Both the position numbers and the translations under genes were made by a program. Below the pieces are notes generated by a model, which saw nothing but the letters and a program-made list of their open reading frames with translations, searched no databases and was not told where the DNA came from. DNA of 52,249 nt from a virus (lineage: Duplodnaviria > Caudoviricetes): positions 1-52,249 of the IMG/VR virus record IMGVR_UViG_3300044823_000078; one strand, written 5' to 3'. This document shows positions 38,687 through 48,015 of this stretch, piece by piece (the stretch's first letter is position 1; the number at the start of each line of letters is the position of its first letter).

Positions 38687-39513
38687 GCACTCAAACCCCA
38701 TCTATTATTTACGAATCGGCCAAGCGGATTTTGGCCGTCGCCTGCGGCCCGCCGCGCCGAAAGTTCCTGCTGCCATCAAGTTCGCCGATTCAGTTTGCGG
38801 CCTATTCCTTTGACCAGGAATTTGAAATGCTCCTGGCCAACTTCCCGCCTGCGCAAAAGAATGTGGCCAGCAGTTCTGGTCCGTTTGCCGGGCTGCTCGA
38901 TGCGAATGCAATCCTTACGTCGTTAAGTCAGCCAACTCCGACCGGTGGCGGGAAAGGAAAGTTCACTGCATCATTTTCAATCGTTCCTGCATCTTGGGAT
39001 GATTATCAAACCCAGATTGTAAACTTCCCCGGGTGGTCGAACGTAATCGGAACAAACTTCCGAGACCTGAAGCCGTCTGAGGTGAGCGTGCGATTGCATT
39101 ATGATTACTTCGTAGTCGGAACCGTTGTCGGTGGTATTCTGGATTCAAGCGGTGCGGCAATAGCAACGGCAACTGCCAAGGGTGCCATTCCAATCCTGCG
39201 CAGGACTCCATGGTTGGCCACCTATAGTGGTGCCGTGTTGCCTAATGACGAGGCTAAATCACTCGTGCCCGCCGCCGGGGTGTCTGGTTACCAGCCAACA
39301 CTTCCAACGGTTGAGCAGTATCAAGCATGGTGCGCGATTGCTGCTGCATTTTATGCCAGTGGAACCGCCTGGGATGAAACCCACCCACCAAAATGGGATG
39401 GAGCATCTTCCACCGATGTCCTGTCTGGTCAGTTCCGGCTGGCCAACTCCAAGCTTATGGATTATGCCGGAAACATTATTGCACGGGTAACTACCTATGC
39501 CCTCGTTGAATAA
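38683..39513 (+). CDS. Putative tail-tip protein
   Basis: Follows the tape-measure-like gene. Confidence 0.4.
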   Translation: MSTQTPSIIYESAKRILAVACGPPRRKFLLPSSSPIQFAAYSFDQEFEMLLANFPPAQKNVASSSGPFAGLLDANAILTSLSQPTPTGGGKGKFTASFSIVPASWDDYQTQIVNFPGWSNVIGTNFRDLKPSEVSVRLHYDYFVVGTVVGGILDSSGAAIATATAKGAIPILRRTPWLATYSGAVLPNDEAKSLVPAAGVSGYQPTLPTVEQYQAWCAIAAAFYASGTAWDETHPPKWDGASSTDVLSGQFRLANSKLMDYAGNIIARVTTYALVE

Positions 39514-40129
39514 TCTTAACCTGCTTGGTGCGCAGATTGACCCGCCAGATAATCCTGGAACTTGGATTGGAAAACTTTGGCGCGAAAAGATTTGTACGAT
39601 ATTAACCTGCCTGCTCAAGCCGAGGCTTATAGTCCCGATTGATAATGGCAATGGTATTCCAGTCCCGCAGGATGCTATCATTACGATGGGCCGCAACGGG
39701 TGGACGGCAATGTTCCCAGCGCTGGCCGCAGCTGGAGCTATAAGCGGCGGCGGCGGGGGAAGCAACTGGCTTCGGGTAAAAGACGACCAGGGAGCATCGT
39801 TGCTTTGCCATTCTTGGGACGGAACAACCGAAGGTTCGGCTGCAATTTATGTCGCTAAACCCCAAGACTTGCGCAATACAATAGCAACCGAAAATATACG
39901 CGGGACTGTATTCACCTATTCTTACACTCTGTCTGCGGGGGCAAACGGAATGCACTTTTTAACCCGCACAGCAACTGGTGGGTCAGTAAACACAACGGAC
40001 TACATCACGAAGGATTATTTGACCAATGATGAAATATGGGCTGAAACTTGCGCGGCAATTACTCTCGACGGTCATGCCTGCTCTTTAATTGACGACAACC
40101 GAGCGGGTCGGGCCTTTGCATCTGTATGA
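39497..40129 (+). CDS. Putative minor tail protein
   Basis: GGGGG linker and IYVAKP; tail region. Confidence 0.45.
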   Translation: MPSLNNLNLLGAQIDPPDNPGTWIGKLWREKICTILTCLLKPRLIVPIDNGNGIPVPQDAIITMGRNGWTAMFPALAAAGAISGGGGGSNWLRVKDDQGASLLCHSWDGTTEGSAAIYVAKPQDLRNTIATENIRGTVFTYSYTLSAGANGMHFLTRTATGGSVNTTDYITKDYLTNDEIWAETCAAITLDGHACSLIDDNRAGRAFASV

Positions 40130-41733
40130 GTATTTACTCGGCACCACAGCGGGCGGCTAATGGGGCATTCAAGCGGTCGTTAAGTGGTGTGCGACAACTG
40201 CCTAGGAAACCGCCGATTATTGACTCCCAACTTGCAATGGCAATTCTTCGGAGAGTTGGACTTGGGAAATTCATTGGAAGCGCATCCGGTCCGACTGGAA
40301 AAGACGGAAACGGAAACCCAATTGGCGGAGGCTATTTAATTTCACCGTCCGGGCCATTGATCGAGGCCAACCCAATTTCCGGGTTTACGAATACGACCAT
40401 TGCCCCGCTCTATCAAGTGATGACCGGCTCAATTACTTGGGATAGCGGCGCATCGGCAAATCTTACGATTAGTTACGATGTGACAAATCAGGACATGTCA
40501 TACACGTATTCGTATTCTTGGAAAAGTAGTACCGTTGTCACGAACACCGCTCCAGGCTTTCCGGGATTTCTTTCCGGTGGAGATAATCCCGGCGACCCGC
40601 CGGCTATTAATCATCAAACGTATGGTCATGGCCCCGGGCCGGATTCATCCACAATAGCCGATACCAGCATTAGTTTGACGTGGAACGGCTATACGGACGA
40701 TTCGGGAGTTTATCATTTTGGATGCACGCTGGTGTTTTCTCTAAGCGACCCATTTCAAATGAGTGACTATGCGGCGGTGTGCAATGGCTTTCTTTCTCAA
40801 ATGACATTTGATGACCAGATATTTAATCCATCGAAAACTTACTCGCTTTATAATGAGACAGGTCAAAATGATTTCTGGTTCACAACGATGGCGGCAATGT
40901 TTATCAACTTTAGCCTCCCAAACAAATCGTATTACTCGACAAGTGTTTTATGGGTAAAGTACAGCAGGGAATCTGGGTATCAATTTTACATGGTACAACC
41001 GCCAGTAAATAATTCGTGTTTTATTAATTTCCCATACGGAAGCCCGTATCCGTTTAATGCAGACGTTTTAGACCCGAATACAGGACTTCCAGTAAACAAA
41101 AATAAAACAATTTTATCCGCAAGCGGGATGCCTTTTCCTCCTCCTGGGTCGGTGGTGGCTTTACCGACCGCTGGGTTTTTAGACCCCACCGCGCTTCCGA
41201 CTCCAACCGATCTCGTGGCTTATATTTGGTCGGCCAAAAGCAGCATCACCCCGCCATTCGGATTAAGCAATGGGCAGCAAATTGTGTATGACCCGGCAGC
41301 AAACTCTTTTTCAGTTGGAAGTTTTTCGTTGCCAGACACAACGTCCAAGGTTCAATTTAATCCGTCAACCGGGTTGATAATTGGAGTCTTTGATAATCCA
41401 ACTTACGTTGAGCCGGAAATAAGCCCGGGCAGCAACCCTCCGAGATTTTCACCAAACGGAGCAAGCCCAACCGCAAACGTAAAAGTTCTTACACACGGAA
41501 CGCTTTACACTTTCAATTCGGTCTCAAATAATGCTGGTGGGCAATTTTTCTCGATTCAGACTGCGACCTGGGTAGTGAATACGATTTCGGGAAATGCCCC
41601 AACATTAGTCGTCGCGCCGGACGGGAAAAGCGCAACAATAATCAGCTCTGTGGCCGCGCCATACGGCGTGCATAGTTTAGTTGTTTCTGCCGCAGGCCTT
41701 GCGTCATGGCCGTTACAGATTGAGTTTTATTAA
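40126..41733 (+). CDS. Putative receptor-binding/tail protein
   Basis: Last late gene; Ser/Thr/Pro/aromatic-rich beta composition. Confidence 0.4.
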   Translation: MSIYSAPQRAANGAFKRSLSGVRQLPRKPPIIDSQLAMAILRRVGLGKFIGSASGPTGKDGNGNPIGGGYLISPSGPLIEANPISGFTNTTIAPLYQVMTGSITWDSGASANLTISYDVTNQDMSYTYSYSWKSSTVVTNTAPGFPGFLSGGDNPGDPPAINHQTYGHGPGPDSSTIADTSISLTWNGYTDDSGVYHFGCTLVFSLSDPFQMSDYAAVCNGFLSQMTFDDQIFNPSKTYSLYNETGQNDFWFTTMAAMFINFSLPNKSYYSTSVLWVKYSRESGYQFYMVQPPVNNSCFINFPYGSPYPFNADVLDPNTGLPVNKNKTILSASGMPFPPPGSVVALPTAGFLDPTALPTPTDLVAYIWSAKSSITPPFGLSNGQQIVYDPAANSFSVGSFSLPDTTSKVQFNPSTGLIIGVFDNPTYVEPEISPGSNPPRFSPNGASPTANVKVLTHGTLYTFNSVSNNAGGQFFSIQTATWVVNTISGNAPTLVVAPDGKSATIISSVAAPYGVHSLVVSAAGLASWPLQIEFY

Positions 41734-41955
41734 TTAAGTACCCTTTATGACCCACCGCCACCCCATCCACCGCGCCGCAGCCTTGATTTAAGCCGCCAGA
41801 GGCCCGCCAAGCTCTTTTGTTCTGCGCGCCTAATCTTCTCTGCCTTTTCCGTCTCCGGCCCCTTAAAAACGGCTCGGCGGGCTTTTTATTTAACGCTTAA
41901 ACCCCTTTCATTCAAAGGGCTTTTCCGCCACAACGAAAATAAATGAAGATTTTTG

Positions 41956-41983
41956 TTTACATCCACGCGGGAGATGATATTAT
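41956..41983 (+). promoter_or_regulatory. Sigma70-type early promoter
   Basis: AT-rich upstream element, TTTACA, 16-nt spacer, TGn-TATTAT. Confidence 0.6.
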
Positions 41984-41996
41984 GTAGGTATGTTAA

Positions 41997-42325
41997 ATAC
42001 TTCTCTTTCCCTCCAAGGGAGAAAAAGTATCGGTTCCAACACCGCAAGGTTGGCGCAGAAAAGTCCGTCCCGGCCGATTGAAGAGGAAGCGAAAACCTCT
42101 AGGCTTTAAAAGGATTGGCGGAACTTTAGGACTGCGGAAAAAAACTTCCCTCGAAAGGGGACACGGCAACCGACGAATGCGAAAGCCAATAAGGTTGCAG
42201 CCGACTCCGCGAATGTGACTACTCGATTAGCTTCAAGTTCACCACCGGAACGCACCGGCAGCCGAACACGAAGCCCATTGAACTTCGTGTTTCGACTTCT
42301 GCCGCCACAAACTTCGACGGCAGAA
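41997..42325 (+). ncRNA. Candidate structured RNA/leader
   Basis: Consecutive stems with GCAA/GAAA loops and no credible ORF. Confidence 0.5.
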
Positions 42326-42345
42326 AACCGAAACACAAAACGACT

Positions 42346-42612
42346 ATGAAAAGTAAATCTCAAACCCAAACAGTTAACAATACTTCCTGGACGCCGGACC
42401 AAATAAAAGGGTTCGGATATATCGGCCGCACGGTAAATAAATGGAGAGGCCGGAGCGTTGCTCTTTATAACCACCCGTCAGACCCTGCGCGGGTTATTTC
42501 TATTGGTGTAACATTTGATGGGGACGTGGTTGTAATTGCAGACGAGTCCCGCTCGGATTGGTGCATGGCGCTGGCGGCCATTTCTGAGGGTAGGGTTTTA
42601 ACAACAGAATGA
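42346..42612 (+). CDS. Hypothetical early protein
   Basis: A-rich leader AAAACGACTATG. Confidence 0.55.
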   Translation: MKSKSQTQTVNNTSWTPDQIKGFGYIGRTVNKWRGRSVALYNHPSDPARVISIGVTFDGDVVVIADESRSDWCMALAAISEGRVLTTE

Positions 42613-42687
42613 TTCCCTCGTTCGTCCCATCCTTTGCGGTGCGGGCGACCGAAGCAATTACGCTTCACAAAATAAAACGACTAAATT

Positions 42688-43194
42688 ATGAAAACGACTA
42701 AAACATTAAAACTCTCCGGCAACATGATTGCAATTCCCATAGACAGCGCAACTGGTGACTGTGTAGTTGATGAATCGCACCATCCAAACCTAAACAAGAC
42801 GGCCAATAATCCAGACGGCTTATGCTACGCTCGTCACATCTACGACCAGCAGCAGGCGCAACGCGCAACGCCCACGCCGTGGCAGCTGGTTATTGACCAT
42901 CACCGCATTACTGGCGCGGACGGCTCAACAATTATCTACGCGAATGGACTTGGAAATTCGACAGCAAATCTCTCGAAGGCTGTTCAGGCCGTGAACGAAC
43001 ACGCTGCGCTTGTGGCGGTGGCGGAAGCGGCGAGGTCGTTGGAGTCACAAGTTGTCTCAGTTATAATGTATGATGACCACGGCGAACAAGGTCAAACAAC
43101 TGACCGCAATGAGCCTCACCGCCGACTACTACGCCAAGCCCTCGCCCAACTCGCCGCCGTTCGCGGCGGGAAAGGAATCTCTCCCGGCTCTTAA
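42688..43194 (+). CDS. Hypothetical early protein (TP-PW motif) spanning the junction
   Basis: ATPTPW...AVNEHAALV; in the circular form it would end at VRGGK* (156-158). Confidence 0.65.
   Translation: MKTTKTLKLSGNMIAIPIDSATGDCVVDESHHPNLNKTANNPDGLCYARHIYDQQQAQRATPTPWQLVIDHHRITGADGSTIIYANGLGNSTANLSKAVQAVNEHAALVAVAEAARSLESQVVSVIMYDDHGEQGQTTDRNEPHRRLLRQALAQLAAVRGGKGISPGS
43136..43176 (+). repeat. 41-bp gene-end repeat (identical at 44137-44177, variant at 118-155)
   Basis: AAGCCCTCGCCCAACTCGCCGCCGTTCGCGGCGGGAAAGGA. Confidence 0.92.
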
Positions 43195-43287
43195 TTTGCG
43201 TTCATCCGGGAGCGGCGGTTGCGCCGAAGGGCAACCCAAGCGCAGCCGCCAATAATTTAAAACAAAACCAAAACAACAAACGAAATT

Positions 43288-43857
43288 ATGTGCAAATTCA
43301 AATCTGGAATCGTGGTGTGCGACGAGCGCGAAAAAGGCGGATACCGGCTGGTGATGTCTCCGTGGACAGAATCCCACAGCGAACTGGAAACAATCTTCAA
43401 TCTCCGCGAGGGCAAGAGTCTCAATTTTGCCAAGGTGGAATTTTCGCCCGACGACATGGCGGAAGCTTACCTGGTCGAGAAATACAAGCTGAACATTGAC
43501 GAACACCGAACGCCGGAATGGTTCGACGACGAAATGAAAGAGCGAGTCACAGAAGAGATGACCGATTACATCAAAACAATCATTGTTCACGGCGACGTTG
43601 AATTGTTGATTGGTGGCCAATTCATCATTGCGCCGGACGCCAAAATCCAATGCGCCAAAGCGATGGTGATAAACGCGATGTGTGGCGGCACCTTGACCGC
43701 GATGCGGGGCGGCACCTTGACCGCGATGTGTGGCGGCACCTTGACCGAGATGTGGGGCGGCACCTTGACGGCAATCAAAAAATACTTCGACGGATTGATT
43801 GGCAAAATCAACTCAGGCGCAACCGTCATCAAAGACGAACGCAAGGAGAAGAAATGA
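43288..43857 (+). CDS. Hypothetical protein with four MxGGTLTx repeats
   Basis: MCKFKSGIV...SHSEL N-domain; 24-nt tandem repeats at 43678-43773. Confidence 0.7.
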   Translation: MCKFKSGIVVCDEREKGGYRLVMSPWTESHSELETIFNLREGKSLNFAKVEFSPDDMAEAYLVEKYKLNIDEHRTPEWFDDEMKERVTEEMTDYIKTIIVHGDVELLIGGQFIIAPDAKIQCAKAMVINAMCGGTLTAMRGGTLTAMCGGTLTEMWGGTLTAIKKYFDGLIGKINSGATVIKDERKEKK

Positions 43858-44189
43858 AACCACACAAGCGATTAATGGCCGCGATGAAAGCGGCGAAACA
43901 AATGCGTGGGAAGATTCTATTGAAGGATTGGCTTGCGCAACAACCCAAGAGCACGCGCAAAGGAGTCGCACGCGGAACGAAAAAAGCTGAGCCACCGCCG
44001 ACTCGTGACGTGAACCGCGACAGCGGAACGGACAGCGCCAACGGCGGTTGGCTCCGGCGACTTTACGGACACAACTCAACTTTTAGCTATGGCAACAAAG
44101 CTATTGTGAAAGGCGTTGACTGCGTTGCCGTTCGCGAAGCCCTCGCCCAACTCGCCGCCGTTCGCGGCGGGAAAGGAGGCGCGAAGTGA
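43854..44189 (+). CDS. Mosaic hypothetical ORF reading through an attC-like site
   Basis: ATGA-coupled start; ends in ALAQLAAVRGGK. Confidence 0.45.
   Translation: MKPHKRLMAAMKAAKQMRGKILLKDWLAQQPKSTRKGVARGTKKAEPPPTRDVNRDSGTDSANGGWLRRLYGHNSTFSYGNKAIVKGVDCVAVREALAQLAAVRGGKGGAK
43972..44066 (+). other. Degenerate attC-like site
   Basis: AAC 43976-43978; GAGCCACCGCCG 43989-44000 / CGGCGGTTGGCTC 44042-44054; final GTT core missing. Confidence 0.6.
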
Positions 44190-44587
44190 AACGGCACGAG
44201 ACAACGGTCGCGCTCGATGGGTTTGGCGTGAGCAGTATGACCGGCGACGGGAAGTGCGTTGCGCAGCCGACGCGGCACTTCGCCGGTCTCAACATGAAGT
44301 GGCTGCACTGCTCAATGTACGGCAAGCAGTTCAACAGCAGCGATGAGGCGCACTCTGCAATGCACGAGCACGGGTACAGCGAGACGTACTACTCGCGGCG
44401 GTCTGTGCCGGCTCCTGTGTTCGCGAAGCTCAAAGGCGAGCGCGAGCGCTGCAAGTTCGATGCGCTGTACCGCTTGTACAAGTGGATGGGCAGACGCGGG
44501 CTGAACCGTCGCGCAGTGCGCGACCGTCTTGTGCGGCTTGCGGCGCGTGGCAATTTCCATCCCGCAGCGAAGCAGTTCGCTGTTTGA
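44186..44587 (+). CDS. Hypothetical protein
   Basis: GTGA-coupled start; GC-rich codons. Confidence 0.5.
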   Translation: MKRHETTVALDGFGVSSMTGDGKCVAQPTRHFAGLNMKWLHCSMYGKQFNSSDEAHSAMHEHGYSETYYSRRSVPAPVFAKLKGERERCKFDALYRLYKWMGRRGLNRRAVRDRLVRLAARGNFHPAAKQFAV

Positions 44588-44902
44588 TTTTTTGTTCTTT
44601 GAAACTTTGTTCTGCGGCGACGTGGCCGGAAGGTCTTTCTGCGCGACTCCAAGACGCGCAGCTTATTCCTTCATCGGTCTGGAACTCGCCTTAGCTGGAA
44701 CCTCATAAGTCAGGACTGCTCGCCCGCACGAGAGCGACAAGCGGCACTGTTAGGCCGATATAAACGAACCGCGAAAAACTTTGCGCTCGACGCGGAGGGA
44801 AGTAAACGGCGCAAGAACGGCGCGGCGGAGTGTCCTGTGCAAGGTTACGCCTTTACTGAGGGCTGTATTTTCCTGCCTCTCCAGCAGCGGAACAAAGTTT
44901 TG

Positions 44903-44938
44903 TTGACAAGCGCGCGCGAATCGCTTATTGATTTGCTG
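44903..44938 (+). promoter_or_regulatory. TTGACA promoter, probably giving a leaderless portal mRNA
   Basis: TTGACA 44903-44908, ATG 36 nt later; same geometry at 47376 and 47924. Confidence 0.55.
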
Positions 44939-46744
44939 ATGGCGCGCAAGTCCTCACCCAAGCCGAAGGCGACGAGAGTTGCCACAGTCCGTTCTCCCAA
45001 GTCAGCGCCGTTCCAGACGCAGAAGCCCGTCACCGACCCGAAGACGACCGTTGGCGCTGGCATGTTCGCAATTACAGGCAAGGCAGCGGCAAGGCTCGAA
45101 GGGCCAGCGACGAGCACTCCGAGCGGCCCGCTTCCGTTTATGGAAGCGATTTCCGGCGACAGCGTAGTGACGCCCCAGCGGCTCTGGTACTACAAGCTCA
45201 CGCGGTTCAACCCTATCCGGCAGCTCAAGCCTGAGACGCTCGCGCACTACCTCGACCTGTTCCAGATGGGCTACCTGCGGTACTTCGACATGCTGGCCGA
45301 CGCGATTGAGCACCGCGACGCGACGCTGATGACGGTCATACCGAAGCGCAAGGCGGCGGTGAAGCGGCTGCACTGGGACGTGTTGGTCAACGAGAACTTG
45401 AGCAAGAGCGAGATGAAGGAAGCGGAGGACCAGAAGTCCGTGCTGTATGATTTCTACAACCGGGCGCGAGTGACGAGCGCGGTTGACTTGAACGTGCGCG
45501 GCATGATGCCGATGCTGTTCGACAAGATGCTGGACTGCCGAGGGCACCGGTACAGCTCGTTTGAGATTATTTGGGAGCCGGACGCGAATGGAGATTTGAC
45601 TGCGCGCTTCAACTGGGTGCCGGCGTGGTTCTTCGAGAACCGGACAGGCGCGCTGCGATTCCTTGAGATGGACTACGGCATTGACGGCAGGCCGCTCAAG
45701 GAAGGTTCGTGGCTTGTCTGCACGTCCGATGGTTTGCTTGAACCGTGCGTGGTGGCGTACATGTACAAGCACATGGCGTTGCGCGACCTCCAGATTTATT
45801 GCGAGAAGCACGCGATGCCGTCGGTCGTTGGGAAGACGGACGCGCCGGTCAATTCCGACAACCACAATGCGATGGTGAAGGCAGTCCACGACTTGGCGGT
45901 TGACTTCTCGTGCGTGATGGGGTTGAAAGACTCGATTGAGAAGATTGACGTGAGCCACGCAGGCGAACTTCCGTACTCGGCGATGGTTGACTACATGGAC
46001 CGCGCAATGGCGACGCTGTGGCGCGGCGCTGACCTCAGCACAATTTCAGGCCGCACATCGCAAGGCGGTCAAGGCGCGCTGTTGCAAGGCAAGGAAGAGT
46101 ACAACATCCAGTGCGACGACGCGCAGCTCATCTCGGAGTTCCTGAACATCCAGATTGACCCGCTGGTCATCCGCTGGCACTTCGGGAAGGACGCGAAGCC
46201 GCTGTGCTACTTCAAGCTGGTCGTGCCGCCGAACATCGAAGCGAGCACGGACATCGCAATCATAAACGCGATGCTGTCGTGGGGTGTAGATGACATTGGC
46301 CGCAAGCAGATACACGAGCACTTCGGCATCGGGAGCATGATGGACGACGACGAGGCGCTGGTCGCTCCGGCGCAGCAGCAGGCGGACATCCAAGACCAGA
46401 GCCTGTCGAAGCAGTACGGGCAGTCGCTTGAGGCGGCTGACGAGAACCGGCTCGCTGCGAACGAGCGCGTGCAGGCGGCGCTCAAGGGCGTGATGACTCA
46501 GGCGCTGGACGACATGGCGCGCGACACGTCGAAGGCGCTGGAGCCGATTGCGGTAGAGATACGGCGAGTGATGGCTCTGCATCCTGCTTTGCTGCTGCCC
46601 GCATGCCGGCAGTTGCGAAAGGACGCGCCGAAGATTCTAATGGCGGTGAACGAGAAGCCGGAGAACGCGCAAGCGCTCGCGAACGCGATGGGCAAGGCGT
46701 GGTTCCAAGGGCTGTTCGCAACAAAGAAAGGAAAACGACAATGA
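44939..46744 (+). CDS. Portal protein, Mu gp29/DUF935 family
   Basis: RFNPIR-L-P, RD--L...KRK-AV--L-W, SSFEIIW, YCEKHAMP--VGK. Confidence 0.88.
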   Translation: MARKSSPKPKATRVATVRSPKSAPFQTQKPVTDPKTTVGAGMFAITGKAAARLEGPATSTPSGPLPFMEAISGDSVVTPQRLWYYKLTRFNPIRQLKPETLAHYLDLFQMGYLRYFDMLADAIEHRDATLMTVIPKRKAAVKRLHWDVLVNENLSKSEMKEAEDQKSVLYDFYNRARVTSAVDLNVRGMMPMLFDKMLDCRGHRYSSFEIIWEPDANGDLTARFNWVPAWFFENRTGALRFLEMDYGIDGRPLKEGSWLVCTSDGLLEPCVVAYMYKHMALRDLQIYCEKHAMPSVVGKTDAPVNSDNHNAMVKAVHDLAVDFSCVMGLKDSIEKIDVSHAGELPYSAMVDYMDRAMATLWRGADLSTISGRTSQGGQGALLQGKEEYNIQCDDAQLISEFLNIQIDPLVIRWHFGKDAKPLCYFKLVVPPNIEASTDIAIINAMLSWGVDDIGRKQIHEHFGIGSMMDDDEALVAPAQQQADIQDQSLSKQYGQSLEAADENRLAANERVQAALKGVMTQALDDMARDTSKALEPIAVEIRRVMALHPALLLPACRQLRKDAPKILMAVNEKPENAQALANAMGKAWFQGLFATKKGKRQ

Positions 46745-46850
46745 GCAAAGAAGCTGCCGAATTCTACGCCAAGAAGTTCTTTCCGCACCTGCTGCTACCT
46801 CACGCGGTAGAGTGCATCAAGGCAATTCTAAACAACAGGAGAAAACGACA

Positions 46851-47267
46851 ATGAGCAAGACAATCAAACCAACGGATGCAACGAACAGCGTGTCGGTCGC
46901 GGAGGCGACGGCGCGCGGCAAGGAAGTGATGGCAGCGAATACTTGGAGCGACTCCGCTCGTGAAATGTCTGCTGAGGCTCGTAAGCGTCGAGCTAATGAA
47001 TCGCAGCATCGAGAACTCGAAGCACGAAAAGCTCATTCTCAGGCGCAACACCAAGCAGTGGCTCACGATTATTCTGCGTCTGCCCATGCGGCTTCACAAA
47101 AAGCGTTTCTTGATAATACTCCCGAAGCTCATGCGCTTGCTGCCGAACAACACCGCCAAGCTGCCGAAAAACAAGATGACGGCGGGGATAGAATGGCGGC
47201 AGGAGTTCATCGTGGTATGGCAGAACAACATGAAGGATGGGCTCAAGACCTTCGTGCAAAGAAATAA
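46851..47267 (+). CDS. His/Ala-rich helical protein with AN-TWSDSARE motif
   Basis: A-rich leader; spaced H--AA repeats; lower GC than flanks. Confidence 0.7.
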   Translation: MSKTIKPTDATNSVSVAEATARGKEVMAANTWSDSAREMSAEARKRRANESQHRELEARKAHSQAQHQAVAHDYSASAHAASQKAFLDNTPEAHALAAEQHRQAAEKQDDGGDRMAAGVHRGMAEQHEGWAQDLRAKK

Positions 47268-47344
47268 TTTCCACTCCCACGCCGCCTGCGTGTACTCGCG
47301 GGCAACACCGCCACCGGTGACTTTCAAGGCGGAGGGATGGTTGG

Positions 47345-47370
47345 GCGCGTCAGCAATGGCGCGCTTTTTT
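47345..47370 (+). terminator. Intrinsic terminator
   Basis: GCGCGTCA-GCAA-TGGCGCGC followed by TTTTTT. Confidence 0.8.
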
Positions 47371-48015
47371 ATTTGTTGACAGCGAGCGCGGACTGATTTA
47401 TGTTCGCGTCATGGTATTGCAGAACAGTGTTCAAGTTTTTGGAATATGCGGCGCGTCTTTTCAGGCGCGTAGCAGAACACGGAGCAGCAATACCGTAACG
47501 CCGCCGATTGAACACCGGCGGCGTTTTTGCTGCTGTGATTCGAGTTCATCTTCGAGCGGTCGCAATGCCACTTTACGTTCCGCAATCTTCGCGGCGACAT
47601 AAGTAGCGAAGCGCGTTCTCATCAACTGCCCATAATGCTTGGCGCACGGGATGAAACAACGGCAAGTGTGATGGCGATAACAAACCGGCTTGCTTAGAAA
47701 GTCTCCTGCGACGGAGACAAATGCTGCAACTCTCGCGCGATAGCGAAGAGCTTTGTGATGGTTAAAGTTGTGCTCACGAGTTGCTAAAAACGCCCAAGCG
47801 TGTCCTATCCGAGCGACATTCAAGAGCGAGCAAATCCGAATCGCGGGTTTGCTTTGCCAACCCAGCGGAACCTTCCAAGCGCGCATCAAGACCAAGCGTG
47901 AAAACAAATTTCAACAATTCGTGTTGACAAAGTTCGCTGAATGCTGTTTATTGCTTGCGATGGAAGGTTTGAAAGCCTGAAGTCAAGAGCCTCGCGGTGG
48001 CAGAGCAGATGAAGA

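Larger units (their letters stand above)
1..43018 (+). mobile_element. Phage genome 1 (lambda-type head, probably non-contractile tail), apparently complete and circularisable
   Basis: 1-127 identical to 43019-43145; almost all genes on + strand in early/replication/packaging/head/tail order. Confidence 0.85.

Noticed and set aside
44680-44760. Further attC site ending in GTTAGGC (about 44749)
   Set aside because: No convincing left box or paired inner arms found
47411-47907. ORFs 47411-47602 (+) and 47461-47907 (-)
   Set aside because: Overlapping, atypical composition, no motifs; cannot decide which, if either, is real
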